The position numbers and the translations under genes are program-made. The notes under the pieces were generated by a model. That model saw nothing but the letters and a program-made list of their open reading frames with translations, was not told the DNA's origin and did no database searches. DNA of 63,102 nt, the filler included, from Diploschistes diacapsis (taxonomy: Eukaryota): the NCBI GenBank assembly GCA_023645945.1. It is 5 parts of 5 records of this genome, joined end to end, with 100 filler letters (N's around TTAATTAATTAA, not from the genome) between each part and the next. Parts side by side here need not be neighbours in the genome. Positions count along the whole stretch, not along the records: positions 31,080 to 39,029 come from JALAIB010001220.1; positions 39,130 to 47,076 come from JALAIB010001221.1; positions 47,177 to 55,093 come from JALAIB010001223.1; 2 more parts are not named here. The stretch is one strand, 5' to 3'. Shown one piece after another: positions 37,003-49,617 of the stretch. Position 1 is the stretch's first letter. Every line of letters begins with the position of its first letter.

Positions 37003-39029
37003 TGGGAGCAACGAGATGTTTTGGGAGGAGGGGCAGCTGCGGGAGTTTGTGGGAAGTGGTCGGTGTTTTGGTTAGGATGTGTGTTGTGAGATTTGGGGAT
37101 GGATCATGGGTGTTGAGACTATGGGCTCGAGATTGGGGATGTACGACTCTGGGACTTGGGTTTCTTCTTTTGTAAGGTGCTTGCTGGTACCCGGCTGTAT
37201 ACGAAGATTTTTTATCAAGATCCCGAGGAAATAGGGTAGAAGACAGCTTTACTATAAATTACTAGTTTGGTAGACTGTATTCAGCCATTCAGCGCCCTCA
37301 ACTACCTCAGATCTTGCTTCATCTTATCTTATCTTATCATATCTCATCACACTTGAACCTCCGCCCTATTCCCATCTTACTCTTTCCCTTCCTTTCCCCC
37401 TCTTCGCCATTTACACTTCTTACACGAGCATAATCTTTCCCACAGCCTTGATTTGGCTCTGCAGTATGGCTCTACTCTGCTCTACCGTTGAAAGCCACCG
37501 AAGCTCGAGCTCGCAGCTGAAGCACATGAAGCGCCGCGCCTCATTTCTCTGGTCCATACTGCTTGAGCTTGAGATGTTGGGTGCCAGCTGTTTTCTGGAC
37601 CCAGTTGCTGCCGGCGCAAGGAGCTGGGGTGAAGGACGTGTGCCTTCGCATATTACCACCCTTGGGAGCCGATGAAGGGACTTGAGCCGCTGGGCTTGAG
37701 GACCGCGGAGAGAAAAGAATAGAGAAGAGAGAAGACTTCAATGGTGTGTGTACTATCATACTTTCGCCATTATCATCAACGCTACTGCTGCTGCCACCGG
37801 CGGGAGGACTGGCGAGGGAAAAGCGAAGCATGTATCACCCCCTGAGAAGGAAACAATGTGGGGGAGAACTGAGAGTTTCTTTTCTGGGTGTGCTGTTGTG
37901 CTGTTTGATTTTATCATTCGGAATTGTATGCATTATACTATGAGAGCTGCAGAGGTAGCAGTGTTTCTCTCAGGCCGACGATCTGCTGTTCGATGTGTTT
38001 TTGAATACTATTATGAAACAAGAGGCGATAAGATTGCGGCAGCTACAGAGTCTCTAGTTCCTACCCTTCACGTACAACGATGAGGATGAGAATGGCAGTG
38101 GACGATAGTCAGTCGCAGCCGGCGGTGGTTGGATGTCAAGTGCCAGATCCCTTGGGGCTCGAGCGTTTCAAGCATTGCAAGCATCACCAGCAGGGTCCGA
38201 CCCTTTCTTTGGGTTCTTGCCATCGTGGCCCTTGCATCCAGAAACCGGGCTCACGTACGCGTGCATGTACGAGCTACATCATTTCGGTGCACCACTTGAG
38301 ATAGAAGTACCAGTGTCACATATGAGTTATTCTGATCACACTTTCTCTTCCCTCATGCTTCTTTCTCAATCTGATCAACCTTGTGCCTACCCCTCACCCC
38401 CCTCTTCGCCAAAATTTTCACCCGCAGTCGCTATTTCCATTTCAACAACAACACCCACCACCCTCATCAACCTCACGTGCCTCACCAACCCCCCAACCCC
38501 CCCTGTTCCAGTCCACACACACACACACACCGCACAGCAACACAGCAACACCCCCCCACTCCATCAAACGCCGCTCTGAGAGAGAGTTTGTCCAGCGCCA
38601 GGCCCAGCACCAGCACCACGAAGCACGAGCACGAGCACGAGCAGCAGCCATCTCCCTCCCGCGACGCAAATCCGCGCAGAGGCACGCACGGGGGGGGCTT
38701 CAATCAATCAAGCCAGGCCAGGCCAGCAGCGCCGGAGCGCGCTGGTATACTATGCGCGGAATACGCGCACAGAACATGCCCCCTGGGCGGGAACGCCCAG
38801 GGACAAAAGGGCCGAGGTTCTGGAACGGGTCTGAGAAGGTAGGGCAGGGGCGTCGAAGCGATGATGGGGGGGATTTTTTTTTAAAGGAGAGAGAGAGAGA
38901 GGTGTGGACGGCATACCCATGTGAAATGTGAGGGGTGCGAAAACCCGACGGCTGGAGCAGGGCAGGGGGGCTTTTCCGGGGCGCGCTCTGTAGGGGCTGG
39001 AGATGCGGGATAGGTGCAGGAGGGAAGGG

Positions 39030-39129
39030 NNNNNNNNNNNNNNNNNNNNNNNNNNNNNNNNNNNNNNNNNNNNTTAATTAATTAANNNNNNNNNNNNNNN
39101 NNNNNNNNNNNNNNNNNNNNNNNNNNNNN
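39030..39129. other. Assembly gap with artificial linker
   Basis: N-TTAATTAATTAA-N. Confidence 0.97.
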
Positions 39130-40052
39130 GGGGAGAGGAAGAAGGGGAGAAGGGCGCGGGGTAGGTGAAAGAGGAGGATCGATTCTTGGGGAAAGAAGAG
39201 GTAGAACGGGCATAGCCGCGCGAGTTAAAGGGATTTGACCGGCAGAATCATGCAGCGGAAGCAGAGGGGGTTTGGTCTGTGGACGTAGAGCTTTAGCTAT
39301 TAGAAAATGCTAGGGATTATGCTCAATATATGTGGGCTAGCCAAGGGGCTGAATGTAACGGTGGCAATGCTATAGAGAAAAAAACTAAACATAGTAGAAA
39401 TCCTAGTATGCGTGGTGACGGGCGGTGTCAGGGGATGCATAACGCTCCTAGTAGGGCAGGAGATACAGCAAGCAGCATAACAAGTGTTACTAATCGTGAT
39501 CTCTTCCTTTCCCATTTCAAGTCAGCTATGGAATACGTAGGCGGCCACTTATCTATCCCGTCCCGTCACATACCCCATCTATCCACTCTCCGCTTTCCGC
39601 CTGGTTGGTCGCTTGCCGGAATCGGCTATATATAGCAAGTTGTATGCGCTATCGATGTCTTTCATGGGGGCCGCAGGGACATTTGGGCGACCGCTGTCGC
39701 CCGTTCTCAACGCTTCAGCCTCCTCCCTACATAGGTCGGTTGATTCCATAGGGCTTCCTTTCCTTTTTACTTACGGAGACATTGAAGAGAACAAAGTCCA
39801 CCAATCTGCCGCCTTTCCAACCCTTGGATCCGGAATGCCAGATATAGGTAAAGTCGTTTCACATCCAATGCAGCATCCGAGTCGTAATAAATTGCTGTCA
39901 ACGCCAAACGAACGACTTAAGCTCGTTGCTGGCCCAGAATCTAGTACTCCTGGTATGCAGGACTCGACCACGTTGTAGAGAAGTAGTATGTTTCAAGGAT
40001 TTGAACAAGAAGAGATCGTTTTCGAGCCTTGTGGTTTGATGCCTTTGCTGCC

Positions 40053-41561
40053 TCATCGTAGGTCCAGGTTAAGGGGTTTGTATCTCACACCAATGACTCT
40101 GCACCTTGGACAAGGCCGGCCGTCGGTCCTGGGCTCGCTGTTCAGCAGATAGACACAGTTCGCACAGAAGCCGCTTATGCATCCGTTGCATGCATAGCTA
40201 TCTTTAAGCACAGCGAGTTGCCGGCAATTGGCGCAATAAATCTGCACTGGCTGAGAGAACATGGGCGAAGAGTCGGAGTTCGAGAGACCTGTTGATCGCA
40301 TATGGAAGTTTGTGCCCGATTGCATGGAATTGGTGTTGGAGTCTAGAGATGATTCGACGGAAGGGAAGGGATCAGGCATATCATCGGCGGGCGGAGGAGT
40401 AAGAGCTCTTTGAAGGGGTGATGCTTTGTAGGCTTCGCTGCTGTGAGAAATGTTGAAAGGAAAAGGAGGCAAGGAACTTCGTTTGGTGGATGGCGGGGAT
40501 TGGGGTATCTGCAACGTATCAGCAAGGGCAATTATACTGCACAGCCTCTACGTACCGGCGTCAAATCTCGATCAGAGTCTGCCTCATTCGCCGAAGTAGC
40601 AGCTTCGATCAGATCTTCCCATCGCTTGTATTGGCTCACAGGCTCGACGGAAAAAGCTTTGCGACCCTCGACACTTAGCCGTCTGGCGTGCTCTTTCGAC
40701 TTTGTTCGCTCGTGCCTCGCTTTACGAGCGCTCTGTGTCACAGAAAGCTTGCGTGGTCGGGGTCTTGGGATTGGTGGCAGGGTTGTTGAACGTCCCGGAG
40801 GAGACCGGGACATCATTGAAGGCAGAAGCTCCCGGGGACGAGGCGAAGAAAACGGATTGAAGGATTCTGATTGCAGATGATCGCGTAGCGGAGGAAGACC
40901 ATACGAGGAGTTGGTGCCAGGACGAGGAAGCTCGTGTTCTGATAGGTTGTCCTGCCTCTGCTTTAGACAGCCCTTCCTACACCCCCTTTTAGGAATAACT
41001 CACAGCTTCAGAAGCCCAGTCCGAGTCCTTGCCTGCTCCATGTAACTGCGCCAGCGCAACTGCAGCTGTTGCAGCCGCAGGGAACTGATCCTCGAGTGAT
41101 CGAGCGGGAACCGGTGAGCCAAAGCTTGGAGGCCTCTGGTCATGGCTGTACGGTGACGAGCCAAGTCCCCCAATGTTCCTAGGTACTGAGTCTCCTCCAC
41201 TGCTCATAAATGAATTGTTTGTAGGATTAGATGTGGGCGGCGGTTGAGGTCGAGATGAGGGTGGGGTATTGACCATCGCTTGAAAGCTCTCTTCCGTGGC
41301 CGGTAGCTTTGGAATGTAGTGATCGGGATGAGCTCGCCGTATGTGCTCTTGCATGGATCGAAATCGTTTCTCCTATTTAAAGTCAATTGGTGTACCGAAA
41401 GACAAAAAGGCCGGAGCAAGACCAAGTCACAGAAGAGCACTTACCCCGATGCATCTCTTGCGACAGTGTGTTCCATCTTGATTCTTGAGAGGGCAAATTA
41501 CTTGCTGCGACTCTTGGGAGACCGAGAATGAGCTTTGTCCTTGACTCAGCCGAGGCGGCAT
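40053..41561 (-). CDS. RfeD-like putative regulator (N-terminal Cys/His motif, C-terminal RING-like Cys cluster); multi-exon
   Basis: VICPLKNQDGTHCRKRCIG|EKRFRSMQEHIRRAHP; AAVALAQL; RKARHERTKS; KRWEDLIEAA; CANC..CNGC..CANC..CPRC. Family name is from recollection. Confidence 0.8.
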
Positions 41562-44057
41562 GACCGCAACGAGATCAATGCAGGCGCCAGCCAAGCGGAT
41601 GCTTGCATGCAGCTACGTCGAGACCGGGGCCGAGACCGAAGAGCAAGGTGCGGGTGTGTCGCAAATTCGTATGCAATTCAAGCTCGCACTGCAGTAACAA
41701 GACAGAGTCTTGTAATGCGAGGCTGTGAAGTGAGCTTAGTCGATATTGGCGAGTGTGTGCAAGGATTTGTATATCTTCTGTAAGGAGCTCTTGACGCGGC
41801 TGTCGGTTAAATGATAATTGTTGGATGTCAGGTGGGACATCAATGCACCACACTAATGCCAGCACGAAGCTCTGATGACGGCTTGAAAGGGAGAGCAACT
41901 GGGTAGTGAAAGCAGTTGAAACTGTGAATAAGTGAAAGATGGTTTGTGCGCAGGAGAAATGAGCTCGAGCTGTGCTGGTTGGATCGAGCTCTTCGCGTAC
42001 TGTGCCTGAGGGAGCTGAAAGAAGAAACATGATGCGACTTATCGGGATTCGACTATCGTAGGAGGGGGGTGGGGTAAGAGGGAGAGAGACTCGAGTGGCT
42101 CTGGAAAAACCCCGGGGTGGCAGTGATTAGTGGTTAGTGGTGAGTGGTGGTTGGTGTTTATTGCCTGGGGATTCCCCCACTGGAACCCCTCCGAGTCTCT
42201 CTCGAAGCTCCCAAAGGGCAAAGGGTTTGATTATCCGTTTCCGTCCAGGACTCAAGACAGACTCAAGGCTGACTAACCTAAAGCTTCAGGATGCGTCATG
42301 TGATGGTCATGTGATGGTCATGTGATGCCCTTCACCGCCCTTGTGACACCTCGGTCTTCCTTGTTCAAGTTGGATAGTAGCCAACACGTGTGACATTTCA
42401 CTCGATCAAAATTCCAACTCTGAACTAGTCTCTTTGTTCTTTTAACGTTGCGCCACATGGGTCGGTAAACGTGCGCCATGTCGGTCGGTCGTTAGCCCCA
42501 TGGAGGACCATCCGTAGAAGACATATCGAACAAAGCCTCGAGCATAACAAGAATGGTAATGGAGAGGTTCGCGGCTTGCCGCTAGCTACACCCACCGTAA
42601 TATAGTCTTTCTGCCGACAAAACGTGGAACTCGCTATGTGAACGTGTATGTGGGAAGTATCTTTCAAAGACTTGTTCAGGAGCTGAATTTGAGTCGACAC
42701 GAAGTGACATGTCTGGATTTCATTTCTGTTATGTTGCTTCTGATTGGCAAGTTACTCATTTTCCTTCTTTTCAGATGCGGCCCTCCTTTTGTATGATGTT
42801 TCTAATATCAGAAGCTGCTTGATTATTGATTCACAGAAGAACTGAGGGAACCCGGATCTTGCCCTGGTTTCAACAGCGGATTCGAAAAGAGGCAGTGGCC
42901 ATTACCAAGGTCAAGCTTATTGTAAATTCGATGTGACAGGGTCTGAGCAGAAACAACAGCTGTTACATGCTCACCAGCTAAACTCTGCTTCTGGGTTTCT
43001 TGTTTTCTTAGACAATTTCGTGTTGCGCGTCATTAGCTGCTGGTGCTTGCTGATGGTCATCCATTCCTGTTGAAGAGAGTCTGCCATTGTATGTGGGTCA
43101 AGAGTGTACCACAAAGTCTCCCTCGAATTGTACCAAAAGGAACTGTTCCACCTTTTGGGGCATTCGGTGCCTGCATTCTTGGAGATAATCACCTCTTGTG
43201 TTTCGAAACGTTCTTGTCGCACACCCAGATCTGGTATATTGTATCTGGTGTGATCATCGAAGCTGGGCGGGACTCCATCTGGTGCTTCAAGATGGTTTTG
43301 CCCGCGTATCCTCAGACTATTAGATCTGGCGCCAAATCTGGCATGAATGACGTGCATAGTAGATCGAAGTTTAATACTGTACCTTGTCCCGAAGGCATCG
43401 CACACAGATCCACAGGTGGCCATCGTTGTTAGAGGAAAATCAGCACTTCGTTTTGAGGAAAAGTTTTCCAATTCTGGGTCAGCTCAAGTATTCTCGTGCA
43501 ACAATTGGCTCGCTTATATTTCCGCATGCAGAGCACAAACCAAATGGGTGGAACAACTTTTTATGCATGTTTTATGTTTTGCGCAGACCGGTCCATCTTT
43601 CTTCCTTACCTTGCAAACACTTTGTTTCCATCTGCTTGCACTAAACCAGCGATCACTTTCCCCCCCCCCCAACCCCTGTCAATAATTGTCTGCATCAACT
43701 CTTAACTTGAATATAACAACTTTTTGACTAGCCGTCACCTGTTTTTCTCTTCTCTTCTCCTCCTCTCCTCCTTTTGCATCCCTACTTGTGTATACTCATG
43801 TCCATTTGCAGCCAGTTGCAGCACCAAAGGAATGTCAAAGTTTTGTTGACAAGATGTGATCGATGTGATCGATGTGATCGGTCTGATGTCTTGCGGTCCT
43901 ACCCCCATATGTCGTCATCCTGAACTCGTCCTATCCTCTTTCTACAGCATTGTCTCTCTTTCTTGTAGCATGAGATCAGAATCTCCCACAGCTACGTCTG
44001 GAAAAATGCTTTGATGTCCAGCATTCGACCTTGCGCGATTCTCCAAGTCGGCCCAAA

Positions 44058-45830
44058 ATGACGGTCACGATAACCCATCTCAATGGTGGTATGGGACGAT
44101 CCTCCAATCTCGCGCGCGGCAGTATCTTACTGACAATCCTTCTAGATACCACCTTTCTGGCGACATTCTCGTCCCCCGATCCCGCCCTTACACAATACCA
44201 AAAGAAGCTTTCTCAAGTTACTATACTCATTGACCCATGGATTAAGGGGTCAAGTACAATTTTCCACCGCTTCCTTGCGCAATCCAAAAGGACCGTTCCT
44301 GCCTCGATCAGGCATCTTTCAGAAATCCAGCCAGCTCCGCAAATCATCTTGGTCTCCCAGGACAAGCCGGATCACTGTAACGAGGAGACACTGAAGCAGC
44401 TTCCACAGGATCTTCCAGGAGTCGTTATCATTGCACAGGCCAGTGCGGCGAAGAAGATCAAAGGCTGGAAGTATTTTGATGAACGCAAGATCTGGAGCTT
44501 CAAGGATTACTCGCCAAAGCGCTCGAACGCACTGTACGATTTGCAGGTTCCTTTCGATCCCAATGCCAAGACTGTTGTTGAGCTTGGACAGCTCACCTTG
44601 GCCTTCATGGCTCCAAAACTTGACATTACTGGTGTGCACAATGCCATTGGCATTACATACAGATCCCCCGTGTTCACAAACACAGATGAATCACAGTTCG
44701 GCTCAGGGGTTCTATTGAATCCTATACTCAATCCACCAACCCATTTTCCGGCGCTCCTGCCCACACCACCCGACTCTCCGGATGGGATGGCACCGGTGAT
44801 GTTCGAAGACGTTCCGTACAGTCCACAGCTCCCTCATCCTCCTTATCCCTACAATCGCGAGGATGCCCCGTCTCCGCCACTCTCTTCCTACCAAGCACCG
44901 CCGATTTCTGACGAGACGGAGTTCCATGCCTTAAAGAGCCAAAAGTCAGCATCAAGTGTACGTGACGTGTGCAATCGAGTGACCCGCATTATGACCAAGT
45001 CGACGCCAGACCTCCGCGGAGCGGCCAGGTTTCACCGCAAAAGCAAGACGTCCACATCTACGTCTACCCAAGCTGCCTCACGAGACTCTGGACAGACAGG
45101 GCCATGGATCACTCACCCATCAGCTGCTCGCAGCCCTTATACTGCGTCTCGCAACCATCATCCCCTTGAAAATGGTCAGATACAGTCGAACAATGTTAGC
45201 GCCTTCAACTTTGGCCAATTGACTCCCATCACGCCAATCCACACCAGTTTCTCGACTTGCCACCATTCCAGTTCTCAATCTTCCTCGAACCGCGACCCTT
45301 CCTCCCCAATGTCCATTTCTCCACCCGTGCCGAGGCCCCAGACCACCCAAACCGGTGATTCTCGTAATCATCACCGCACCGTCTCGGTTCTTTACTCTCC
45401 CCACGGTGTTCAATGTTCTACCGTTCTGCCATGGGCACAGTCACACCTCGTTCGCCATTGTGCCTTGCCTCTGACTCTACTTCTGCATCCCCTCACGAGA
45501 ATTCAGAACGTTTGGATACTGGGAGGAAACATACAAACCGGCTGGCGCGGCGGGCTCGAGATTGCGCAGAACCTGATGGCCAGATGCTGGATCGCGGCTC
45601 ATGACGAGGTCAAGGAGGATAGCGGAGCGCTCGTCAAGACGGTGAAGAGAGAGGAGGCGAAGAGGGAGGCTCTCGAGAAGATTCTAGGAGGAGGGGGTCC
45701 CAGCTACGCGAAGAAGAAGAGGGGCTGCGAGGTTGTTGACCTGGGAGTTGGGGACAGCTGGCGCATTCACGGAGATGCAGGCAAGGATTTGAAGGGCTGG
45801 CGGGGCCAGTATGCGAGCCTGGAAGTGTGA
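44058..45830 (+). CDS. Metallo-beta-lactamase-fold protein with a long Pro/Ser-rich insertion; intron 44089-44145
   Basis: HLNGDTTFL, ILIDPW, ILVSQDKPDHC, LYSPHG, LLLH, WIAAHDE. Confidence 0.8.
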   Translation: MTVTITHLNGGMGRSSNLARGSILLTILLDTTFLATFSSPDPALTQYQKKLSQVTILIDPWIKGSSTIFHRFLAQSKRTVPASIRHLSEIQPAPQIILVSQDKPDHCNEETLKQLPQDLPGVVIIAQASAAKKIKGWKYFDERKIWSFKDYSPKRSNALYDLQVPFDPNAKTVVELGQLTLAFMAPKLDITGVHNAIGITYRSPVFTNTDESQFGSGVLLNPILNPPTHFPALLPTPPDSPDGMAPVMFEDVPYSPQLPHPPYPYNREDAPSPPLSSYQAPPISDETEFHALKSQKSASSVRDVCNRVTRIMTKSTPDLRGAARFHRKSKTSTSTSTQAASRDSGQTGPWITHPSAARSPYTASRNHHPLENGQIQSNNVSAFNFGQLTPITPIHTSFSTCHHSSSQSSSNRDPSSPMSISPPVPRPQTTQTGDSRNHHRTVSVLYSPHGVQCSTVLPWAQSHLVRHCALPLTLLLHPLTRIQNVWILGGNIQTGWRGGLEIAQNLMARCWIAAHDEVKEDSGALVKTVKREEAKREALEKILGGGGPSYAKKKRGCEVVDLGVGDSWRIHGDAGKDLKGWRGQYASLEV

Positions 45831-46748
45831 AACCGCTCGGCCGCGGTAAAAGAGAAGGGCACCAAGCCTGATGAACAGGTTGGAAGGGATGGATACCGGG
45901 AAAACTGGACACCAACGGATGATACCCAAGGGATGGATGGATGGATTATAATACGATATGAAATATTTTATTAGCGATTATGACGGAACTACATGGAGCC
46001 CCGAAACGAAGGGAGGCTCAAGGCCTTATGAGCTGTAGCTTCTCGCGGTGGTTTATATGGACATTACAACCCCATAAAAGAGGCCACGATGGGGACCCCA
46101 GATACTACTAGTAGTAATGAAAACACGATGTACGAAATCCAGGCCCAGGTGATGAGCGGTCTGTGTAGTATTGTCCACTATAAATGTGCGGGCAGGTCAA
46201 GTGTTACAGCGCGAGACCTACTGAGTTAAGTTTGGCGATTCAGGTATGCTCATTATGAGCAGATTTGAAGCAGAACAAGGTATGTCAAATAGACAACTTG
46301 AATTCACGTTGTGAAAGTTAGTCCAAGGACCATAGTCTAGCGTAAGTGGCTTAATGAACTTAGTAGTAGATAAAATAAAGCCCCCCCGGCCACCCCGCAA
46401 ATGCCAATAAAACGTAAATCAACCCATTCCAAGCCCGAAGCCCAAGGACCAATAATGTCAAAGTCAGGCCCATACGTCCATCCATTCATACAATACAATA
46501 CAATATATACAGACATTTCCGCCCCTCTAGTCCCACCCCAAGCAAGCAAGCAAGCACCATCTACCCATCCCTCCATCCCAGCACCTCTATCTATCTCCGT
46601 CTCCACCTCCATTCCCATCCAAACCACCACCGCCGCGACATATCCCGCCCCCTCCCAGCACCCACGACCGCACACACGCACCTCCACAGCACGCCGAACG
46701 CGAGCGCAAGGCCGAACACGGACACGAAGACGCCGGTAACGACTCGGC

Positions 46749-47076
46749 CTAATATCCCAGAGCCCCAAGACATGCACGAACTCCCCAAAGTCCCCGAAAG
46801 TGCAGCAACGCTCGCGCGATACCGTGCGTCGTGAAAAGGGGCCAGCCTGGCCCCGCGCTCCCGAATCTTGGAGGGGGACTCGTCTCGGGCTTGGGCTTAG
46901 GTGCGGGGGCTGCTTCCGACACCCCCGCTCCGGCTCCAACGGGCGAGCCGAGGTTCCGCATGGCCGCTCGCCGCGGCTGCTGTTCGCGGATGGCGGCGAG
47001 GACGGCGCGCGCGATGGCGGCGTGGCCGGCGGGCGTGGGGTGGAAGACGCGCAGCCAGCGGGGTGGGGGCCAAACA
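46749..47076 (-). CDS. 3' fragment of an SGNH/GDSL hydrolase, truncated by the gap
   Basis: Minus frame reads WLRVFHPTPAGHAAIARAVLAAI (SGNH block V) with high GC3; stop at 46749. Confidence 0.6.
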
Positions 47077-47176
47077 NNNNNNNNNNNNNNNNNNNNNNNN
47101 NNNNNNNNNNNNNNNNNNNNTTAATTAATTAANNNNNNNNNNNNNNNNNNNNNNNNNNNNNNNNNNNNNNNNNNNN
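47077..47176. other. Assembly gap with artificial linker
   Basis: N-TTAATTAATTAA-N. Confidence 0.97.
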
Positions 47177-47707
47177 GAAGGAGAGTGCTGGGTAGAGAAT
47201 GTGTGTGGCGTGTGGATGGGTAATGTGCTGTTGTTGTTGTTGCGGGGAGTGGCGAGTATAAGTTCCTTGGAATGCAGCTTTCTTGCTTCGGAAGCCTACT
47301 TTGTCGCGGTAAGGATTCCCTGTGAGGGCTCTTCTGTGAGGCCGGGAGTACTGTGGTTGATCTTACAAGCCTGCCTAGCGGTGCGACATCTGGGGATCAA
47401 CTATGCAATAGAGAATACCAATGCGGTCTAATACATTGAATTGATTTACACTATTATTCATCTCCGATATCCATTACCACCAATGCAATGTTTTTTCCGC
47501 TCGTCGATCGGCTGCTCCAGCTTCAAGTATTTGCGTCTTATCCTTTTCATCCCAGCCATTGGACTAGTTGGAAAGGCTCCATCTAGCTCGACTGGAACTC
47601 GAGCAGCCCCCTTGACTCTTCCTCCCCCGGGACCATCGAATAAAAAGCGAGGCCGGTCCTCCGCCTGAAAAAAAAAACTGTAGCTACTTCCCCCCTCCCC
47701 TTTGAAA

Positions 47708-47975
47708 CCTCTTTAAGAGCTTATCCTTGGTCCCCAAGGGTCTTCAACCCACCACGTGGGATAACGCAAGGGCTGCTCCGCATCACCTGTGTCTTCGGCC
47801 AAGGAATTTGGCTGGTATGCAGAGGCACGTGCCCCTTGCCCGGGAGATACAACTCCCGTTGCTGCGCACCCTTGCGCATGGGCTCTGTACGGCTATCTAT
47901 TCGCGCTCCCTGTGAATTCCAGTAGATGCGAAGGGGACCCCTGTCATGGTTTGGGTAGGCCCGGCAGCTCAGAGG
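47708..47975. ncRNA. Candidate multi-branched structured RNA immediately downstream of RNH202
   Basis: Nested closing stems and at least four internal hairpins read by eye; no known family motif recognised. Confidence 0.3.
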
Positions 47976-47985
47976 GGGGTCTCCT

Positions 47986-49350
47986 TCACTTCGTCTTGAA
48001 GAAGTCGCTCATCTTCTTCATGCCCGTGACGTCGACCTTCTTCAGGTCCCTCACGCCCCGGCTCTCGTTCACTTTCTTCCTCCTCTCCTCTTCTTCCTTC
48101 TTGCGCTTCTTCTCCGCTCTGCTCTCTGCGTCTTCGTCTTCTTCGTACGAGCGCTTGAAGCTGTCGCCCGATGCTTGGAACGAGCTGCGCGTAGCGGCTT
48201 CGGCGCGGAGGGCGGCGAGGGCGGCAAGGTGCTTTGTGAGCGGTGCGAAGCCAATGACCTTTGATGTCTCTGGGTCGGCGAGGAGGGCTTCGAGGATAGA
48301 TGCTAGGTGCTTCGGAACGTAGGAGGAGAAGAGGTAAGAAAGCGAGGTGCGGAGACGGAGAAGGTGCTTGATCTCCTCTGTAGGCTGCAGGGCAGAAGCT
48401 GAGACCGAGGACTGAGAATTGTTGGAAATCGGGACAGTGATGGCCGTGTAATCTGTTGTGGCGGAGGACTGTGACTCGCCTCCTGAAGCGTTGGAGCCCG
48501 CAGATTGTGAATCCGTTGATTCGGTAACAGAGAGTTCCGCGCCGCCGAACCCTGCAATTGAACCCTCTTTCCTGAGTCTGATTGTCTCTTCCTCCACCAG
48601 TATACTAGCCATGGGCACGTCCAGCGCGCGTTTCACGAACCGTTCCTCCATGCTGGGCGGCAGGCCTCCGTCCGACATCCGCTCGGCTTTCCGCATCAAT
48701 TCTTGTAACAGCTTGACGCTACTCAAACGATACATCTTCTCGTCTCCAGCTTCCACGGCGTCGCAAACGGCCATAATCCGGCCCTCGATCATATCTCTGG
48801 TCGCTTGGTGCCTCGTTACATATTCCAGATGCTTCGAGAGCTCGAAGACGTTCTCGAGCAAATCGTCCGCACTCTGGAAGAGGACCTTTCCCCCTGATCT
48901 GGAACCGGTCTCTTTGGGCCTCGGGCTCAACGCAGGCAGCACCAGAAACAACGAGTCGATCGCAGTGACGGTGAAGAACGCCGCGGTTTGGCAGACGTAG
49001 CCTTCCCTGGGCGGCGACGACTGTGCGTCGGCCGTCTCGTTGTTTTCGTCTCCAGCGCTCTCGAGCCCGTCGATGCTTTGTTCTGGAGCTAGCAGCAAGC
49101 TCCGCGGCGCAGACGATGGTGCTGCTATGCGCTTGATCTCGTAGAGGCCGGTGCTCGGACAATGGTAGTATCGTGTGGGTACCAGCGAGCGGGGGTGGGC
49201 TAATGTCACGATTCGAGCTTCTTTGCTGAGTGTTTTGGGCAGGATGAAGAACTTCGGAGGGTTTTGGTCCGGGATGGGGAGGGGTTTCGGTGGGGACTCG
49301 ATGGGCGGCGCGGTCGTTGTGGCCTTTGCGGGCTTCGAGCGCGTTCTCAT
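47986..49350 (-). CDS. RNH202: Ribonuclease H2 subunit B
   Basis: FILP..L.HPR, LYEI, D.LFL.LP, CD.VEAGDEKMYRL; C-terminal PIP-like GMKKMSDFF. Confidence 0.9.
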   Translation of the reverse strand: MRTRSKPAKATTTAPPIESPPKPLPIPDQNPPKFFILPKTLSKEARIVTLAHPRSLVPTRYYHCPSTGLYEIKRIAAPSSAPRSLLLAPEQSIDGLESAGDENNETADAQSSPPREGYVCQTAAFFTVTAIDSLFLVLPALSPRPKETGSRSGGKVLFQSADDLLENVFELSKHLEYVTRHQATRDMIEGRIMAVCDAVEAGDEKMYRLSSVKLLQELMRKAERMSDGGLPPSMEERFVKRALDVPMASILVEEETIRLRKEGSIAGFGGAELSVTESTDSQSAGSNASGGESQSSATTDYTAITVPISNNSQSSVSASALQPTEEIKHLLRLRTSLSYLFSSYVPKHLASILEALLADPETSKVIGFAPLTKHLAALAALRAEAATRSSFQASGDSFKRSYEEDEDAESRAEKKRKKEEEERRKKVNESRGVRDLKKVDVTGMKKMSDFFKTK

Positions 49351-49466
49351 GGTGTGGGGAGTCGGGCAGATTGAATTACCGCGAGGTTGAAAGGCTTCTT
49401 TGAGATTCTGGATATGATCGATCCTTGATTGCAATTCCAAGTTCCTAGTTAAGCATCCTTTGGGCG

Positions 49467-49515
49467 ACGCGTTAAAGCGCGTTTAACTCAACTTGTACGG
49501 GGTTTAGGTCGCGTC
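49467..49515. promoter_or_regulatory. MCB-like (ACGCGT/CGCG) cluster upstream of RNH202
   Basis: ACGCGT at 49467-49472 plus two more CGCG cores within 50 bp, about 120-165 bp upstream of the ATG. Confidence 0.5.
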
Positions 49516-49617
49516 AAGCTAAGCCCAGCCCTACTACACTCGGGACAAAGCTCTCACCCGCTCAGTTACTGATTAAAGTAAGGTGGCAAGAACGCTACAT
49601 TTTTTGTGTCAGTCAAA

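Noticed and set aside
38381..38931. His/Pro/Gln-rich ORFs
   Set aside because: Derived from low-complexity CA-rich sequence next to a gap
42296..42327. (GTCATGTGATG)x3 with E-box-like cores; similar short repeats near 9345, 37320 and 43853
   Set aside because: Ordinary slippage repeats with no supporting evidence of function
42971..43471. 166-aa minus-strand ORF
   Set aside because: No motifs or supported gene model
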